This document shows, in pieces, positions 1 to 7,980 of a stretch of DNA of 55,242 nucleotides. Below the pieces are notes generated by a model. That model made no database searches. It was not told the DNA's origin and saw only the letters and a list, made by a program, of their open reading frames with translations. The stretch lies in the IMG/VR virus record IMGVR_UViG_3300037423_000380; one strand, given 5' to 3'. The position numbers and the translations under genes are program-made. How positions within the stretch are numbered: position 1 is the first letter of the stretch; every line of letters starts with the position of its first letter. The stretch comes from a virus.

Positions 1-127
1 TCTGGCTCAGGGAGATGATGAGGTTCTTGAGCGCCGGACCAGCGATGCTGGTGATCTGGTGCATCATCTTGTACGCGGCCGTCAGGGCGTCCGTGAGGCC
101 GTGCTGGAAGCCGGGTGAGGCTGCCGC
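1..127. repeat. Terminal direct repeat (assembly overlap): 1-127 is identical to 55116-55242; circular or circularly permuted genome of 55115 bp
   Basis: The same 127 bases (tctggctcagggagatgatg...ggtgaggctgccgc) are read at both ends. The minus-strand tape measure frame is continuous through the junction; base 1 and base 55116 are both first codon positions. Confidence 0.95.
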
Positions 128-1330
128 TGCGGCGATCTTCGTGAGCGTCCCAGCGAGGCTGGAAAGCGTCGTACCGCCTGCTGCTGTGGCAGCCTTCGAG
201 ATGCTGGTGAAGATGCTGCTGGTCTTGGCGATGACCGTGCCCAGGTCCTTGAGGGCAACGAGGGCCGTCTCGACCCAGCCGACCAGCCGGCCGTCGTGTG
301 CAGCCTTGGAGAGCCAGTTGTTGAACTTGGTCGCGATGTCGCCGAACCACTTGGCGAGCCGGGGGAGGTAGTTCGACCCGAGCTGGCCCAGCGTCTGAAT
401 GATGCCGACGAAGGAGTCGGTGTACCGAGACGCGACCTTGATGGACTTGGCGAGCGTGGCGAACATGCCATCGAGCGACTTGCCGAACGCTCCGGTGCCA
501 GAGTTCGCGAGGTTGGCGATGAAGTGGCCGAGCGCCTTGCTGGTCGTGACCAGACCAGCGGACAGGTGGGGGAAGATGTCGTTGATGAAGCGGCGCATCG
601 GCGCTTCCGCCGTGTTCCAGAAGCCGTTCGACATCCGGTCCTGGAGATTGGCCCACGCCTGACCGGACTTGGTGGCCTTGCCGAGACCGAACGCGAACTT
701 CGGGAAGATCTTGTTCCAGTCCCTCATGACGACCCCGAGGGTCGTCACGCCGATCGCGATGCCACCGAGGATGCCCGGAAGGGGCAGGGCTGCTGGCCCG
801 ATCGAGGCTAGCGACGATGACAGGGAGAAGAGGTTGCCCGAGGCGCCGAGGATGAAGGCGCCGAGGCCACCGATCGCGTGAGCGACCAGGCCGATCTTGG
901 GCACAGCCTTGTCGAGATTCATCAGCTCTTCGCGGAAGTGCCGGAAGAGACCGAGGGTGTACCGCAGACCGGACATGGCCTGGAGGCCGGCAGCGACCTT
1001 GGCGACGGCACCGTTGTCCAGCTCGGGAGCGATCTTCATGCTCCGGTTGTGCGACAGCGCGGCGAGCTCGGCGTCGACCCTGGCTGCGTCGCCGTTGGCG
1101 ATCTCCAGGTCGATCTTGACGTTCAGCGGAGACAGGTCACGAGCCCACTGCTTGAGCTCCTGCTTGATCTTGTCCTTGGCCTTCTTGTCGAGGTTCGGGA
1201 TGATCTCGACTTCGAGGTTGCCGAGCTGCTTCTCGATGCGGCGAAGGTCGTGCGCGGTCTTCTCGCGGAAGTCCGTGGTATCGGGGAGAACCTTGATCGC
1301 GACGCGACCGATGACCTTGCCGATAGACAT
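1..1330 (-). CDS. Tape measure protein, N-terminal part (continues through the junction into 52612..55242; 1277 aa in total)
   Basis: ATG at 1330 with SD AAGGGAGA 6 nt upstream. The frame is open to the window edge (MSIGKVIGRVAIKVLPDTTDFREK...). It lies directly downstream of the G/GT chaperone pair. The track missed it because no stop lies in the window. Confidence 0.85.
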   Translation of the reverse strand, partial: MSIGKVIGRVAIKVLPDTTDFREKTAHDLRRIEKQLGNLEVEIIPNLDKKAKDKIKQELKQWARDLSPLNVKIDLEIANGDAARVDAELAALSHNRSMKIAPELDNGAVAKVAAGLQAMSGLRYTLGLFRHFREELMNLDKAVPKIGLVAHAIGGLGAFILGASGNLFSLSSSLASIGPAALPLPGILGGIAIGVTTLGVVMRDWNKIFPKFAFGLGKATKSGQAWANLQDRMSNGFWNTAEAPMRRFINDIFPHLSAGLVTTSKALGHFIANLANSGTGAFGKSLDGMFATLAKSIKVASRYTDSFVGIIQTLGQLGSNYLPRLAKWFGDIATKFNNWLSKAAHDGRLVGWVETALVALKDLGTVIAKTSSIFTSISKAATAAGGTTLSSLAGTLTKIAAAAASPGFQHGLTDALTAAYKMMHQITSIAGPALKNLIISLSQ

Positions 1331-1333
1331 GTG

Positions 1334-2049
1334 CTATCTCCCTTGGAGTCGCTTGTAGATGTCGGCCACCGAGACCGGCTTCTTCTGTTCGGGGGTGGCG
1401 TCCTTGGGTGTCGGGCGAGGCCACGGCTTGATCTCCGGTGGACCCTTCTTGCCCCACTGCCCCGAGGCGCGGGTGTTCTGGTTCATCGCGTCGAAGAGGT
1501 CGGCAGTCAGGTGCCGATCCGTGCCCCACCCGAAGTGCTCGCGGCCACCAGATGCCAGAGCGACGGTGAGGGATGTGTCTGGGAGCCTCTGTGCCAGAGC
1601 CAGCACCAGAGCCGGGGACGGACCCCGACCTGCTATCACGTCCGTCAGGTCGACGTCGTAGTAGAACAGCAGGTCGGGGTAGAGACCGTCTCCGTACTGG
1701 TCGATCAGCTCTGCGAGGCCGAGGCTTCCCCCGTCTGGGTCTCCCCGCTGTACGTCGCGAAGATCTCCGCCAGAATGGAGAGGTCGTCACCGACCTCATC
1801 CAGCAGCTTCTCCGCGGCGTCCTGGTTGAGCGCGGCGGTGCGGATCGCGTCGGCGAGAACGTCCTCCTGCTCCACATCCTCGTCACTGTCGAGGCGGGCC
1901 TGCATGGAGGTCAGCGCCTTGCGCTTCTCCTTGGAGAGACGGAGGGGGTTCTGGAGGACGAGCACGTCGCCGTCCGGGAGCTCGATCTCGGTGCTCGCGT
2001 ACTTCTTCTCAGCGGCTTCGCGGATCGAGTCAAGGGTGAAAGATGCCAT
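1334..2049 (-). CDS. Tail assembly chaperone G-T fusion made by a -1 programmed frameshift
   Basis: The -1 frame is open across the G stop: ...GGSLGLAELIDQYGDGLYPDLLFYYDVDLTDVIAGRG... Track ORF 1334..1639 is its tail. The T segment ends 4 nt before the tape measure ATG, the canonical G/GT arrangement. Confidence 0.6.
1705..2049 (-). CDS. Tail assembly chaperone (gpG-like)
   Basis: MASFTLDSIREAAEKKYAS...; ATG 2049 preceded by GGAG. It is an acidic ~114-aa protein just upstream of the tape measure. The longer track ORF (to 2163) would read through the tRNA gene. Confidence 0.7.
   Translation of the reverse strand: MASFTLDSIREAAEKKYASTEIELPDGDVLVLQNPLRLSKEKRKALTSMQARLDSDEDVEQEDVLADAIRTAALNQDAAEKLLDEVGDDLSILAEIFATYSGETQTGEASASQS
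1726..1732 (-). promoter_or_regulatory. Candidate slippery site for the G/GT -1 frameshift (GGGGGAA on the minus strand)
   Basis: acg ggg gaa lies 7 codons before the G stop. P-site GGG can re-pair on GGG in the -1 frame. It is not a perfect XXXYYYZ heptamer, so the exact position is tentative. Confidence 0.35.
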
Positions 2050-2105
2050 GAGTGCGGACTCCTGTCGTGGGTGCAGGCGCGTCGTGATGACGCGCTGGAA
2101 CTGCG

Positions 2106-2178
2106 CTGATCCGGCAGGGCTCGAACCTGCGACCGTCGCCTTAACAGGGCGCTGCTCTGCCAACTGAGCTACGGATCA
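2106..2178 (-). tRNA. tRNA-Asn (anticodon GTT), 73 nt, no encoded CCA
   Basis: Hand-folded cloverleaf: acceptor TGATCCG/CGGATCA, D stem GCTC/GAGC, anticodon stem GCGCC/GGCGA (one mismatch), loop CTGTTAA, variable CGGTC, T arm GCAGG-TTCGAGC-CCTGC, discriminator G. U1-A72 and G73 match bacterial tRNA-Asn. Confidence 0.9.
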
Positions 2179-2194
2179 TGGGCGGACTCGAAAG

Positions 2195-2221
2195 CCCCGC
2201 CAATCCCGGAGGAGGGCGGGG
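2195..2221 (-). terminator. Stem-loop CCCCGCC/GGCGGGG just upstream of the tRNA
   Basis: 7-bp GC stem (2195-2201 / 2215-2221) read from the sequence. Its role (terminator, processing or stability) is not known. Confidence 0.4.
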
Positions 2222-2234
2222 AGCAAAGTGGTGA

Positions 2235-2272
2235 CCCCTCCCCCGAGGAGTCCGCACAACTCGGGGGAGGGG
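2235..2272 (-). terminator. Strong hairpin after the 110-aa gene (13-bp stem)
   Basis: CCCCTCCCCCGAG (2235-2247) pairs with CTCGGGGGAGGGG (2260-2272), 6 nt downstream of the stop at 2278. It probably attenuates transcription after the major tail gene block. Confidence 0.6.
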
Positions 2273-2277
2273 GGCTT

Positions 2278-2610
2278 TCAGCAGCGGATCGCTGCGACCG
2301 TCAGGCTCGTCGTCTTGGAGTACGACACGGCCACGCCACCCAGGTCGGGGTCCACGAGGTCGGACCGCATGGGGCCGATCATCCGCGTGGCGCCAGCCGG
2401 GACCGCGATGACGAGATCAGGCTCGTCCTGGATGCCGAACCGGGACTTGCCCGGGGTGGCGATCGTGACATTGGTCGAGGTCGCGTCACCGTTCTTCACG
2501 GCGAGGTAGCCGTTCGGGTGGGTGGGAACGACGTCGCCCGAGGCGCCGGCCGCAGTGAAGGCCGGGTCGACGCCAGCGAGCGAGGGGGACTTGTAGGAGA
2601 GGTTCGCCAT
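2278..2610 (-). CDS. Hypothetical structural-module protein (110 aa)
   Basis: Track ORF; SD GAGGG 7 nt before the ATG. It follows the major tail gene by 14 nt and has no recognisable motif. Confidence 0.6.
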   Translation of the reverse strand: MANLSYKSPSLAGVDPAFTAAGASGDVVPTHPNGYLAVKNGDATSTNVTIATPGKSRFGIQDEPDLVIAVPAGATRMIGPMRSDLVDPDLGGVAVSYSKTTSLTVAAIRC

Positions 2611-2624
2611 CAGTCAGCCCTCGA

Positions 2625-3170
2625 TCAGACGGAGCCGAGCGGGGTGACCGCGTAGGTCCAGGAGTTCGACCCCGAGACCAGCGGCTTCACGCCGAGCGGG
2701 AGGCCGGCGAGCGACTCGGTGTCCGAGATGGACAGGTCGTCGGCGCGGTAGATCTCGCACTTGGGGGCGTAGAAGGCGAACACGTTGTTGCCGTCGATGA
2801 AGACCACGAGGAACGCGGCCACAGTGGGCTGCGGGTTGCTCGGGACCTGGATCTCACCGCTGCCGCCCACGGTCGCGTTGGCGCCGTAGTAGAGGCGCAG
2901 GGACGCCTCATCGAACTGCTGGAGGGTGAAGGTCATGGTCTCGGTCCGCGTCGAGTACGAAGTCCGCAGGGACTTGTTCTGGAGCGTGCCGATGACGGTG
3001 GCCTCGCCGCCGTCCGAGGAGATCGAGAAGATGTCCTCCAGCGACGTGTGGCCGACGTTCTCCCACGCCACACCGGGCGCGGAGAGGTCGGTCGGCAGGG
3101 CGGTGTCGACCGGGGCGGTGAAGTAGTTGCCGGCCCCGATGACGAGAGTTGCGTCGTCGTTGATAGCCAT
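2625..3170 (-). CDS. Major tail protein
   Basis: 181 aa (MAINDDATLVIGAGNYFTAPVDT...) between the tail terminator gene and the chaperones. It is flanked by hairpins, as highly expressed structural genes often are. Called from synteny and size. Confidence 0.7.
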   Translation of the reverse strand: MAINDDATLVIGAGNYFTAPVDTALPTDLSAPGVAWENVGHTSLEDIFSISSDGGEATVIGTLQNKSLRTSYSTRTETMTFTLQQFDEASLRLYYGANATVGGSGEIQVPSNPQPTVAAFLVVFIDGNNVFAFYAPKCEIYRADDLSISDTESLAGLPLGVKPLVSGSNSWTYAVTPLGSV

Positions 3171-3196
3171 TCAGGCTCTTCCTTTCGGGAATGAAG

Positions 3197-3225
3197 AAGC
3201 CCCCCGCCGCGATGGCGAGGGGCTT
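3197..3225 (-). terminator. Stem-loop between the tail terminator gene and the major tail gene
   Basis: AAGCCCC(c)CGCC ... GGCG(a)GGGGCTT in the 71-bp gap 3171-3241. Confidence 0.45.
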
Positions 3226-3241
3226 GGAGATGCGGTGAGCG

Positions 3242-3733
3242 TTAGCTGGCGAACGGCTTGTTGGCCGGCTTTCGGATGGTGACCCGGTAGACCGACTCCC
3301 ACCGTTCGACGCCCGTGGGGAGGTCGGCGTACTGAACGGGACCGACAGATGCCTGCCAGTCGGGGGATCGCTTCGGACGGTCCTGCATCTCCACGGAGAT
3401 CAGGTATCCCTTGTCGGGGATCACCACGTTGAGCGAGTCACGAAGGACCACGCGCACGGCCTCGGAGAGCAGGTTGGCGTCGATGTCGGCGTTGATGCCC
3501 TCGCAGAACACGTGGACCTCGATGGTGGAGGAGTCGAGGAAGCGGGGGTCACCCAGCCAACTGCCCCACGATCCGGTCGAGCGGATCAGGATGAACGGGA
3601 AGGTCTGCTTGGTCTTGATGAGCGTCTGTGTCGAGATGTCGGGAAGTCGTTCCCGGAGGATCGCGAGCAACAGGTCTTCGACCGGGCTCATCTCAACGAG
3701 GTTGAGAACGCTGGCGGGGAGTGCGCTGGTCAT
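3242..3733 (-). CDS. Tail terminator protein (by position)
   Basis: 163 aa; ATGA overlap with the upstream gene. It is the last gene before the major tail protein. Confidence 0.55.
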   Translation of the reverse strand: MTSALPASVLNLVEMSPVEDLLLAILRERLPDISTQTLIKTKQTFPFILIRSTGSWGSWLGDPRFLDSSTIEVHVFCEGINADIDANLLSEAVRVVLRDSLNVVIPDKGYLISVEMQDRPKRSPDWQASVGPVQYADLPTGVERWESVYRVTIRKPANKPFAS

Positions 3734-4200
3734 GCCGGGATGTCACCCCCACCCGTGCCCTGGAGCGAACCGACACTCACGCCGAAGGCGCGGTGCAGGA
3801 TGCCCTTGCCGGTCATCGCGCCGACCTTGTAGGACGAGCCATCGGCCCGGTGGACCTCGTACTCATCACGCCCGTACTCGATCGACAGCGCGCCCTTCTC
3901 GCCCTCCTTGGTGTCTGTGAGGATCAAGTAGGCGTCGATGCGTCCGGTCTTGAGCGAGAGGTCGACCCAATCGGTTACGTCCCCGAAGCTGTAGGCAGCC
4001 GTGCGGATCGCCCCGAGGATGCCCCATGCCCTTGCGTACGCCTTCTGGGCGACGCTGCGGAGGACGAGCTGCTTGATCTCAGGCAGGCTGGCGATGGCGT
4101 ACTCCATGCCGCCTCGCTTGAACGTGTCGCCACCGGCACCCGTCAGGGTGGGCAGGAGGTAGACCCCCTCGGTGCCCTCGACCTTGGTGAAGGCAGCCAT
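3730..4200 (-). CDS. Head-tail connector / tail completion protein (HK97 gp10-like position)
   Basis: Start moved to M73 of track ORF 3730..4416 (MAAFTKVEGTEG...). It overlaps the upstream stop by 1 nt; the upstream extension is Arg/Pro-rich off-frame-like sequence. Confidence 0.55.
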   Translation of the reverse strand: MAAFTKVEGTEGVYLLPTLTGAGGDTFKRGGMEYAIASLPEIKQLVLRSVAQKAYARAWGILGAIRTAAYSFGDVTDWVDLSLKTGRIDAYLILTDTKEGEKGALSIEYGRDEYEVHRADGSSYKVGAMTGKGILHRAFGVSVGSLQGTGGGDIPA

Positions 4201-4538
4201 CAGGGCCTCGCTCTCAGGTCCATCGACCAGTGGCGGGTGTGGCGCGTGCCGTGGTGGTAGGCAGGCGGCGTCACGACGTCGTAGACCTTGCCCATGAACT
4301 CGACCTTGGACCAGAGGTCCACGCCCTCCTGGAGAGCGTCGGTGCCGATCCTGATGATGTCGATGCCCAGGTAGCCGGGGACCTCTGCGCGAGCGGAGCG
4401 CTGCGGAAAGACCCACACGCGGACCTCGTGCGCGTCGTCGGGGGAGGCGACCTCGTGCACGTTGCCTCGGTCATCTTCTTGATCCACGACCCTCCAGACG
4501 CGGGCGGGGATGCCGCGCTTGCGCTGGTAGGTCGCCAT
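4200..4538 (-). CDS. Head closure / head-tail adaptor protein
   Basis: Start at M88 of track ORF 4200..4799 (MATYQRKRGIPARVWRV...). It is coupled to neighbours by 1-nt overlaps. Confidence 0.5.
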   Translation of the reverse strand: MATYQRKRGIPARVWRVVDQEDDRGNVHEVASPDDAHEVRVWVFPQRSARAEVPGYLGIDIIRIGTDALQEGVDLWSKVEFMGKVYDVVTPPAYHHGTRHTRHWSMDLRARP

Positions 4539-5050
4539 CAGTACTCCCCAGGCAGGTCGTCGCCGTTGAAGAACGGGATCGGAGCGCCCTCGGTCGGCAC
4601 GTAGCCGACCTCCCCGGAGCGGGAGAGATCCTGCGTCATCGGGTTGATGTAGCGAGGGCCACGGCGGCGAAGCGGGCCGTGGGCGATTACCTGGACCGAG
4701 ACGAGGCCGTTTCCACGGCCTGCGAGAGAGGCGAGGATCTTCTGCTCCCGCTCGGTGAAGAACGCCGTTCCAGCGTCCTGTCCGGCCGAGTCGTTCCACA
4801 TGATCGTCTCGTCGCCCGCACGGCTCTGGGTGTAGCCATCCGGGTTCCGCATGAAGCGGGCAGCGGCTCGAAGCACAACGCTCTTGACCTGCCGCGGGGC
4901 GGTGTCGCTGTTCCAGCGGGCTGATCCGTAGAAGCGAGCATCGTCACTGAGGTCGGCAAGCGCCGCCTCGGCCATGCTCTGTTCTCCCTGGTCGAGCGTC
5001 CAGTCGAGCCGCAGTTGCAGCTCGGTCACGCTGGCTAGTTCGTCAGCCAT
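4538..5050 (-). CDS. Head-tail connector (gp6-like adaptor)
   Basis: MADELASVTELQLRLDW...; ATG 5050 with SD AAGGAGG. It is the first gene after the capsid-gene terminator. Confidence 0.55.
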   Translation of the reverse strand: MADELASVTELQLRLDWTLDQGEQSMAEAALADLSDDARFYGSARWNSDTAPRQVKSVVLRAAARFMRNPDGYTQSRAGDETIMWNDSAGQDAGTAFFTEREQKILASLAGRGNGLVSVQVIAHGPLRRRGPRYINPMTQDLSRSGEVGYVPTEGAPIPFFNGDDLPGEY

Positions 5051-5079
5051 GTGAACCTCCTTGGGAGAAGGAGTGTGAG

Positions 5080-5111
5080 GGGAGGCCCGCCCCCGAGAGA
5101 GCGGGCCTCCC
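5080..5111 (-). terminator. Hairpin terminator after the major capsid gene
   Basis: GGGAGGCCCGC (5080-5090) pairs with GCGGGCCTCCC (5101-5111), 16 nt downstream of the capsid stop at 5127. Confidence 0.65.
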
Positions 5112-5126
5112 ACTTACACACTAGGA

Positions 5127-6260
5127 TCAGTCGTCCGCGATGGTGCCGGTGGCGGTGCCGGCCAGGTGCGCGCCCGGAGCGGTCACGCCCGTGATGAGCG
5201 CCAGCTCCTCGGTCGCGGTGACCGTGGCCGGGTCGTAGTTCGACCACGTGACGGTGCCCGCGGACGGGTAGACCGACGCACCGTCGAGCTTGAGCTGGAT
5301 GCCGCGCACGAAGTGCTCCTTGGCCGAGACGACCTCGCGCTCGGTGGTCGGGTTCCAGCCGACGAGCACGTCCTCGACCGACCGGAAGCCGGCGTAGGTG
5401 TCGAGCGTGGACCGATCCACGAAGTAGTCGTCGTCGTAGCTGGTCAGCCAGCGCAGCGAGATGCCGTCGAGGCTCTGCGTCGCACCGTTGCCCTTCTTCG
5501 AGGCCGGGATCGAGGGGGCGGCGTTCAGGAAGATGAAGCCGTTGCCCGAGAAGGCGTACGCCTCGTCGGCCGCGATCGTCTGGTCCACGATGACGTGGAA
5601 GCCGAAGAGGCGACCGATGCTGGCGTCAGCGAGGGCGCTCTCGGCGCGAGCCTCGGAGACCGCAGCGGTCAGGGTCAGGTTGTCGTCGCTGAGGATCAGC
5701 GCCTCGACGTCGGAGCCGACGACCATGTAGCGGCCCTCGGTCGGGACGTTGAACTTGTTGAGGACGCGACGGGCCTCCAGGAACGCACCACGGAGGTTCG
5801 CGGCGGCGTCACCGATGACGACCGGGTAGGTCTGGCCGGTCAGGACGTTGACCGCCCGACGCTGGAGACCGCGGGCGATGGCCTTGACCTGCGGGCTGAG
5901 GAGCTTGCCCCAGCGGTCCAGGTCGAAGTCGGCCTGCTCGTCGGTCACAGCGACGCCGTTGTAGACGCGGCCCTGGAACGAGACCGGGTAGGTCCGCTCG
6001 TTGTAGAGGTCGAACTCGACCTTCTGCCGGCCGTTGTACGGCGCGGACGACGTGCCGGTGGAACCGGACCGGAAGGCGTAGTCGTGGAACGGCAGGACGC
6101 CCTCGACCTTGACGTTGTAGGTGTCGTTCTCGGTGCCCTTGAAGTTGTCGACCCCCTCCTTCTGGAAGAGGTTCGGGATGACGAGCTCCTGCTCCAGCAT
6201 CCCGGTGCCGAGGTTGACGATCTTCTGCGGCTTGACGACGCCGTGCTCATTGGTAGCCAT
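5127..6260 (-). CDS. Major capsid protein
   Basis: 377 aa immediately after the scaffold gene and bracketed by hairpins. Called from size and synteny. Confidence 0.8.
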   Translation of the reverse strand: MATNEHGVVKPQKIVNLGTGMLEQELVIPNLFQKEGVDNFKGTENDTYNVKVEGVLPFHDYAFRSGSTGTSSAPYNGRQKVEFDLYNERTYPVSFQGRVYNGVAVTDEQADFDLDRWGKLLSPQVKAIARGLQRRAVNVLTGQTYPVVIGDAAANLRGAFLEARRVLNKFNVPTEGRYMVVGSDVEALILSDDNLTLTAAVSEARAESALADASIGRLFGFHVIVDQTIAADEAYAFSGNGFIFLNAAPSIPASKKGNGATQSLDGISLRWLTSYDDDYFVDRSTLDTYAGFRSVEDVLVGWNPTTEREVVSAKEHFVRGIQLKLDGASVYPSAGTVTWSNYDPATVTATEELALITGVTAPGAHLAGTATGTIADD

Positions 6261-6290
6261 GAGTGGCTGTCTCCTTTGATGGAAATGGGA

Positions 6291-6316
6291 GAAGCCCCCG
6301 CGTCAGCAGGGGCTTC
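6291..6316 (-). terminator. Stem-loop between the scaffold and capsid genes
   Basis: GAAGCCCC / GGGGCTTC, 8-bp stem with a 10-nt loop. Confidence 0.45.
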
Positions 6317-6336
6317 GTGATGTCAGGTGGTGCGGG

Positions 6337-6900
6337 TCAGCGACGGGCGCGGTGTCCGTGCTTCGCAGCGAGGGAGCGAGGGTCGTCGGCGGTTTCGCCG
6401 CTCCGGGGCCGGGGGGAAAGCCCGCCTTCGAGTTCGACTTCCTCGTCCTCGGTGCCGAACAGGTCGGCAAGCTCCTTGGCGTCTGCCTCCAGCTCCTCGC
6501 GGGTCGTGCCCGTGAGTCGCTTCTGGATCTGCTCGGGGAGCTTGTACTTCAGTGCCACGTTCTCGATGAGCAGAGCACGCTCAGAGTCCTCGCGGTCCTT
6601 GGTCATCTGCTTCACGATCGCCTCGACCTCTTCAGGGGTCTTGGCGTCCTTGAGCTTGTCCTCGGTCTCGCGCAGGCGGTCACGGAGGCTCTTGGCCTCG
6701 TTGTTGACCTTGGAGATCTTCTCCTTCACCCAATCGGGCACGTCGCCCTCGGGGTGCTCCTCCTCGGTCTCCTCCGACTCCTCCTCGACCTCCTGGGTCT
6801 CGGTCTCCTCGGTTTCCTCCTCGGTGGTCTCCTCTTCGGTCTCCTCGACCTCAGCGGTCTCCTCGGACTCCTGCTCGTTCTTGTTCTCGGGCTCGGGCAC
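6337..6900 (-). CDS. Capsid scaffolding protein
   Basis: 187 aa, GTG start with AGGAGG SD. Extremely acidic Glu/Thr N-terminus (EETAEVEETEEETTEEETEETETQEVEEESEETEEE) followed by a charged helical region. It lies between the MuF-like and capsid genes. Confidence 0.75.
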   Translation of the reverse strand: MPEPENKNEQESEETAEVEETEEETTEEETEETETQEVEEESEETEEEHPEGDVPDWVKEKISKVNNEAKSLRDRLRETEDKLKDAKTPEEVEAIVKQMTKDREDSERALLIENVALKYKLPEQIQKRLTGTTREELEADAKELADLFGTEDEEVELEGGLSPRPRSGETADDPRSLAAKHGHRARR

Positions 6901-6927
6901 TGCGGGTTACCTCCTGGGTATGCGCCA

Positions 6928-7980
6928 TCACGCCGCTGCCTCCTGGGCCTTACGCGACCTGGCTTCTTGTCTGATGAAGCGCCGCCATGCAGTGATGGCA
7001 GCGTCGCCGCCGAGGCCCTTGGTGACGATGGGCCAGAGTTCGGCGTACTTGCGGTTGAGTGCGAACACTCGATCGCTCTCGAACTGCTGGAGGCTGAACA
7101 CCGGGACGGCGTAGCACTGGCAGTTGTCGTGGTAGAGGTCCATGTCCCCGTAGGTGACGATCGTGCCGTCAGCCTTGGGGCCGGTGCCCTCGTTGGAGCG
7201 GTACAGAGATGCCTCGCGTCCGCTGGACTTGAGCACCGGGCCGCGGGAGATCAGCATGGCGCAGAAGCCACAGGGTGTTCCGGTGCGAGAGACGCGCACG
7301 AAGCCGAGCGCTCGGCGGTCGCGGTCGGCGGCAAGGAAGAGGGTGCTCCGGGCACCGTTCATCACGTTGCGCGCCGCTGCTGCGGCCTGCCGGTTGCCGG
7401 CCTTGTCGTGGGCGTCTCCTCGCCCCTGGTCGACCTGATCGGGCTCGACGTAGCGGACGCCTCGCGTCTTGCGATCTTGGTTCAGGGGTCCGAGTACGAG
7501 CAGGTTCTCTCTGACCTGCTGCTCGGTCTGCTGGTCGAGTCGAGCGAGGTCACCGTCCAGTCCGTCGAGTGGCTCGACGGGGATCTGGTCGCCGTGGTCC
7601 GTGCCGGCGTTGTCCTCCGGGGACGGGCTGGCTTGGTCGGGGTTCAGGGCGGTGGTGAAGGATCGCTTGAGCTCGGGCAGTGACATGAAGGGCGGGTTGT
7701 CCTGGCCGGGAAGCGCGATCGTCTTCCCGGTGACCAAGGCCCGCTCGTAGCGGTAGTACGCCAGCGCTAGGTCGCGAGCGCGGATGCGTCGGCGCATGAC
7801 GTAGCGGACAGCGGTAGCGAGCCATCGCTCGACGGCTCGCGTGCTGGTGACGTTGGGGAGCGGTGGCACGTCCTGCCACAGCGCTAGGGAGTCTCCGACT
7901 GCCTGAGCACCGAGGGCGACCAGGGCGCCGTGGAACAGGACAGCAGCCTGCTCGGCCTCCTGGGCTGCCTCCGGGCTCAC
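6928..7980 (-). CDS. MuF-like head morphogenesis / minor capsid protein
   Basis: 350 aa directly after the portal gene (GTGA overlap). C-terminal motifs TGTPCGFCAML and HDNCQCY resemble the SPP1 gp7/MuF family. Confidence 0.6.
   Translation of the reverse strand: MSPEAAQEAEQAAVLFHGALVALGAQAVGDSLALWQDVPPLPNVTSTRAVERWLATAVRYVMRRRIRARDLALAYYRYERALVTGKTIALPGQDNPPFMSLPELKRSFTTALNPDQASPSPEDNAGTDHGDQIPVEPLDGLDGDLARLDQQTEQQVRENLLVLGPLNQDRKTRGVRYVEPDQVDQGRGDAHDKAGNRQAAAAARNVMNGARSTLFLAADRDRRALGFVRVSRTGTPCGFCAMLISRGPVLKSSGREASLYRSNEGTGPKADGTIVTYGDMDLYHDNCQCYAVPVFSLQQFESDRVFALNRKYAELWPIVTKGLGGDAAITAWRRFIRQEARSRKAQEAAA

Noticed and set aside
1705-2163. Full 152-aa version of the chaperone ORF starting at TTG 2163
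   Set aside because: Its first 38 codons run through the tRNA-Asn gene (2106-2178). ATG 2049 has a proper SD and gives the usual gpG size.
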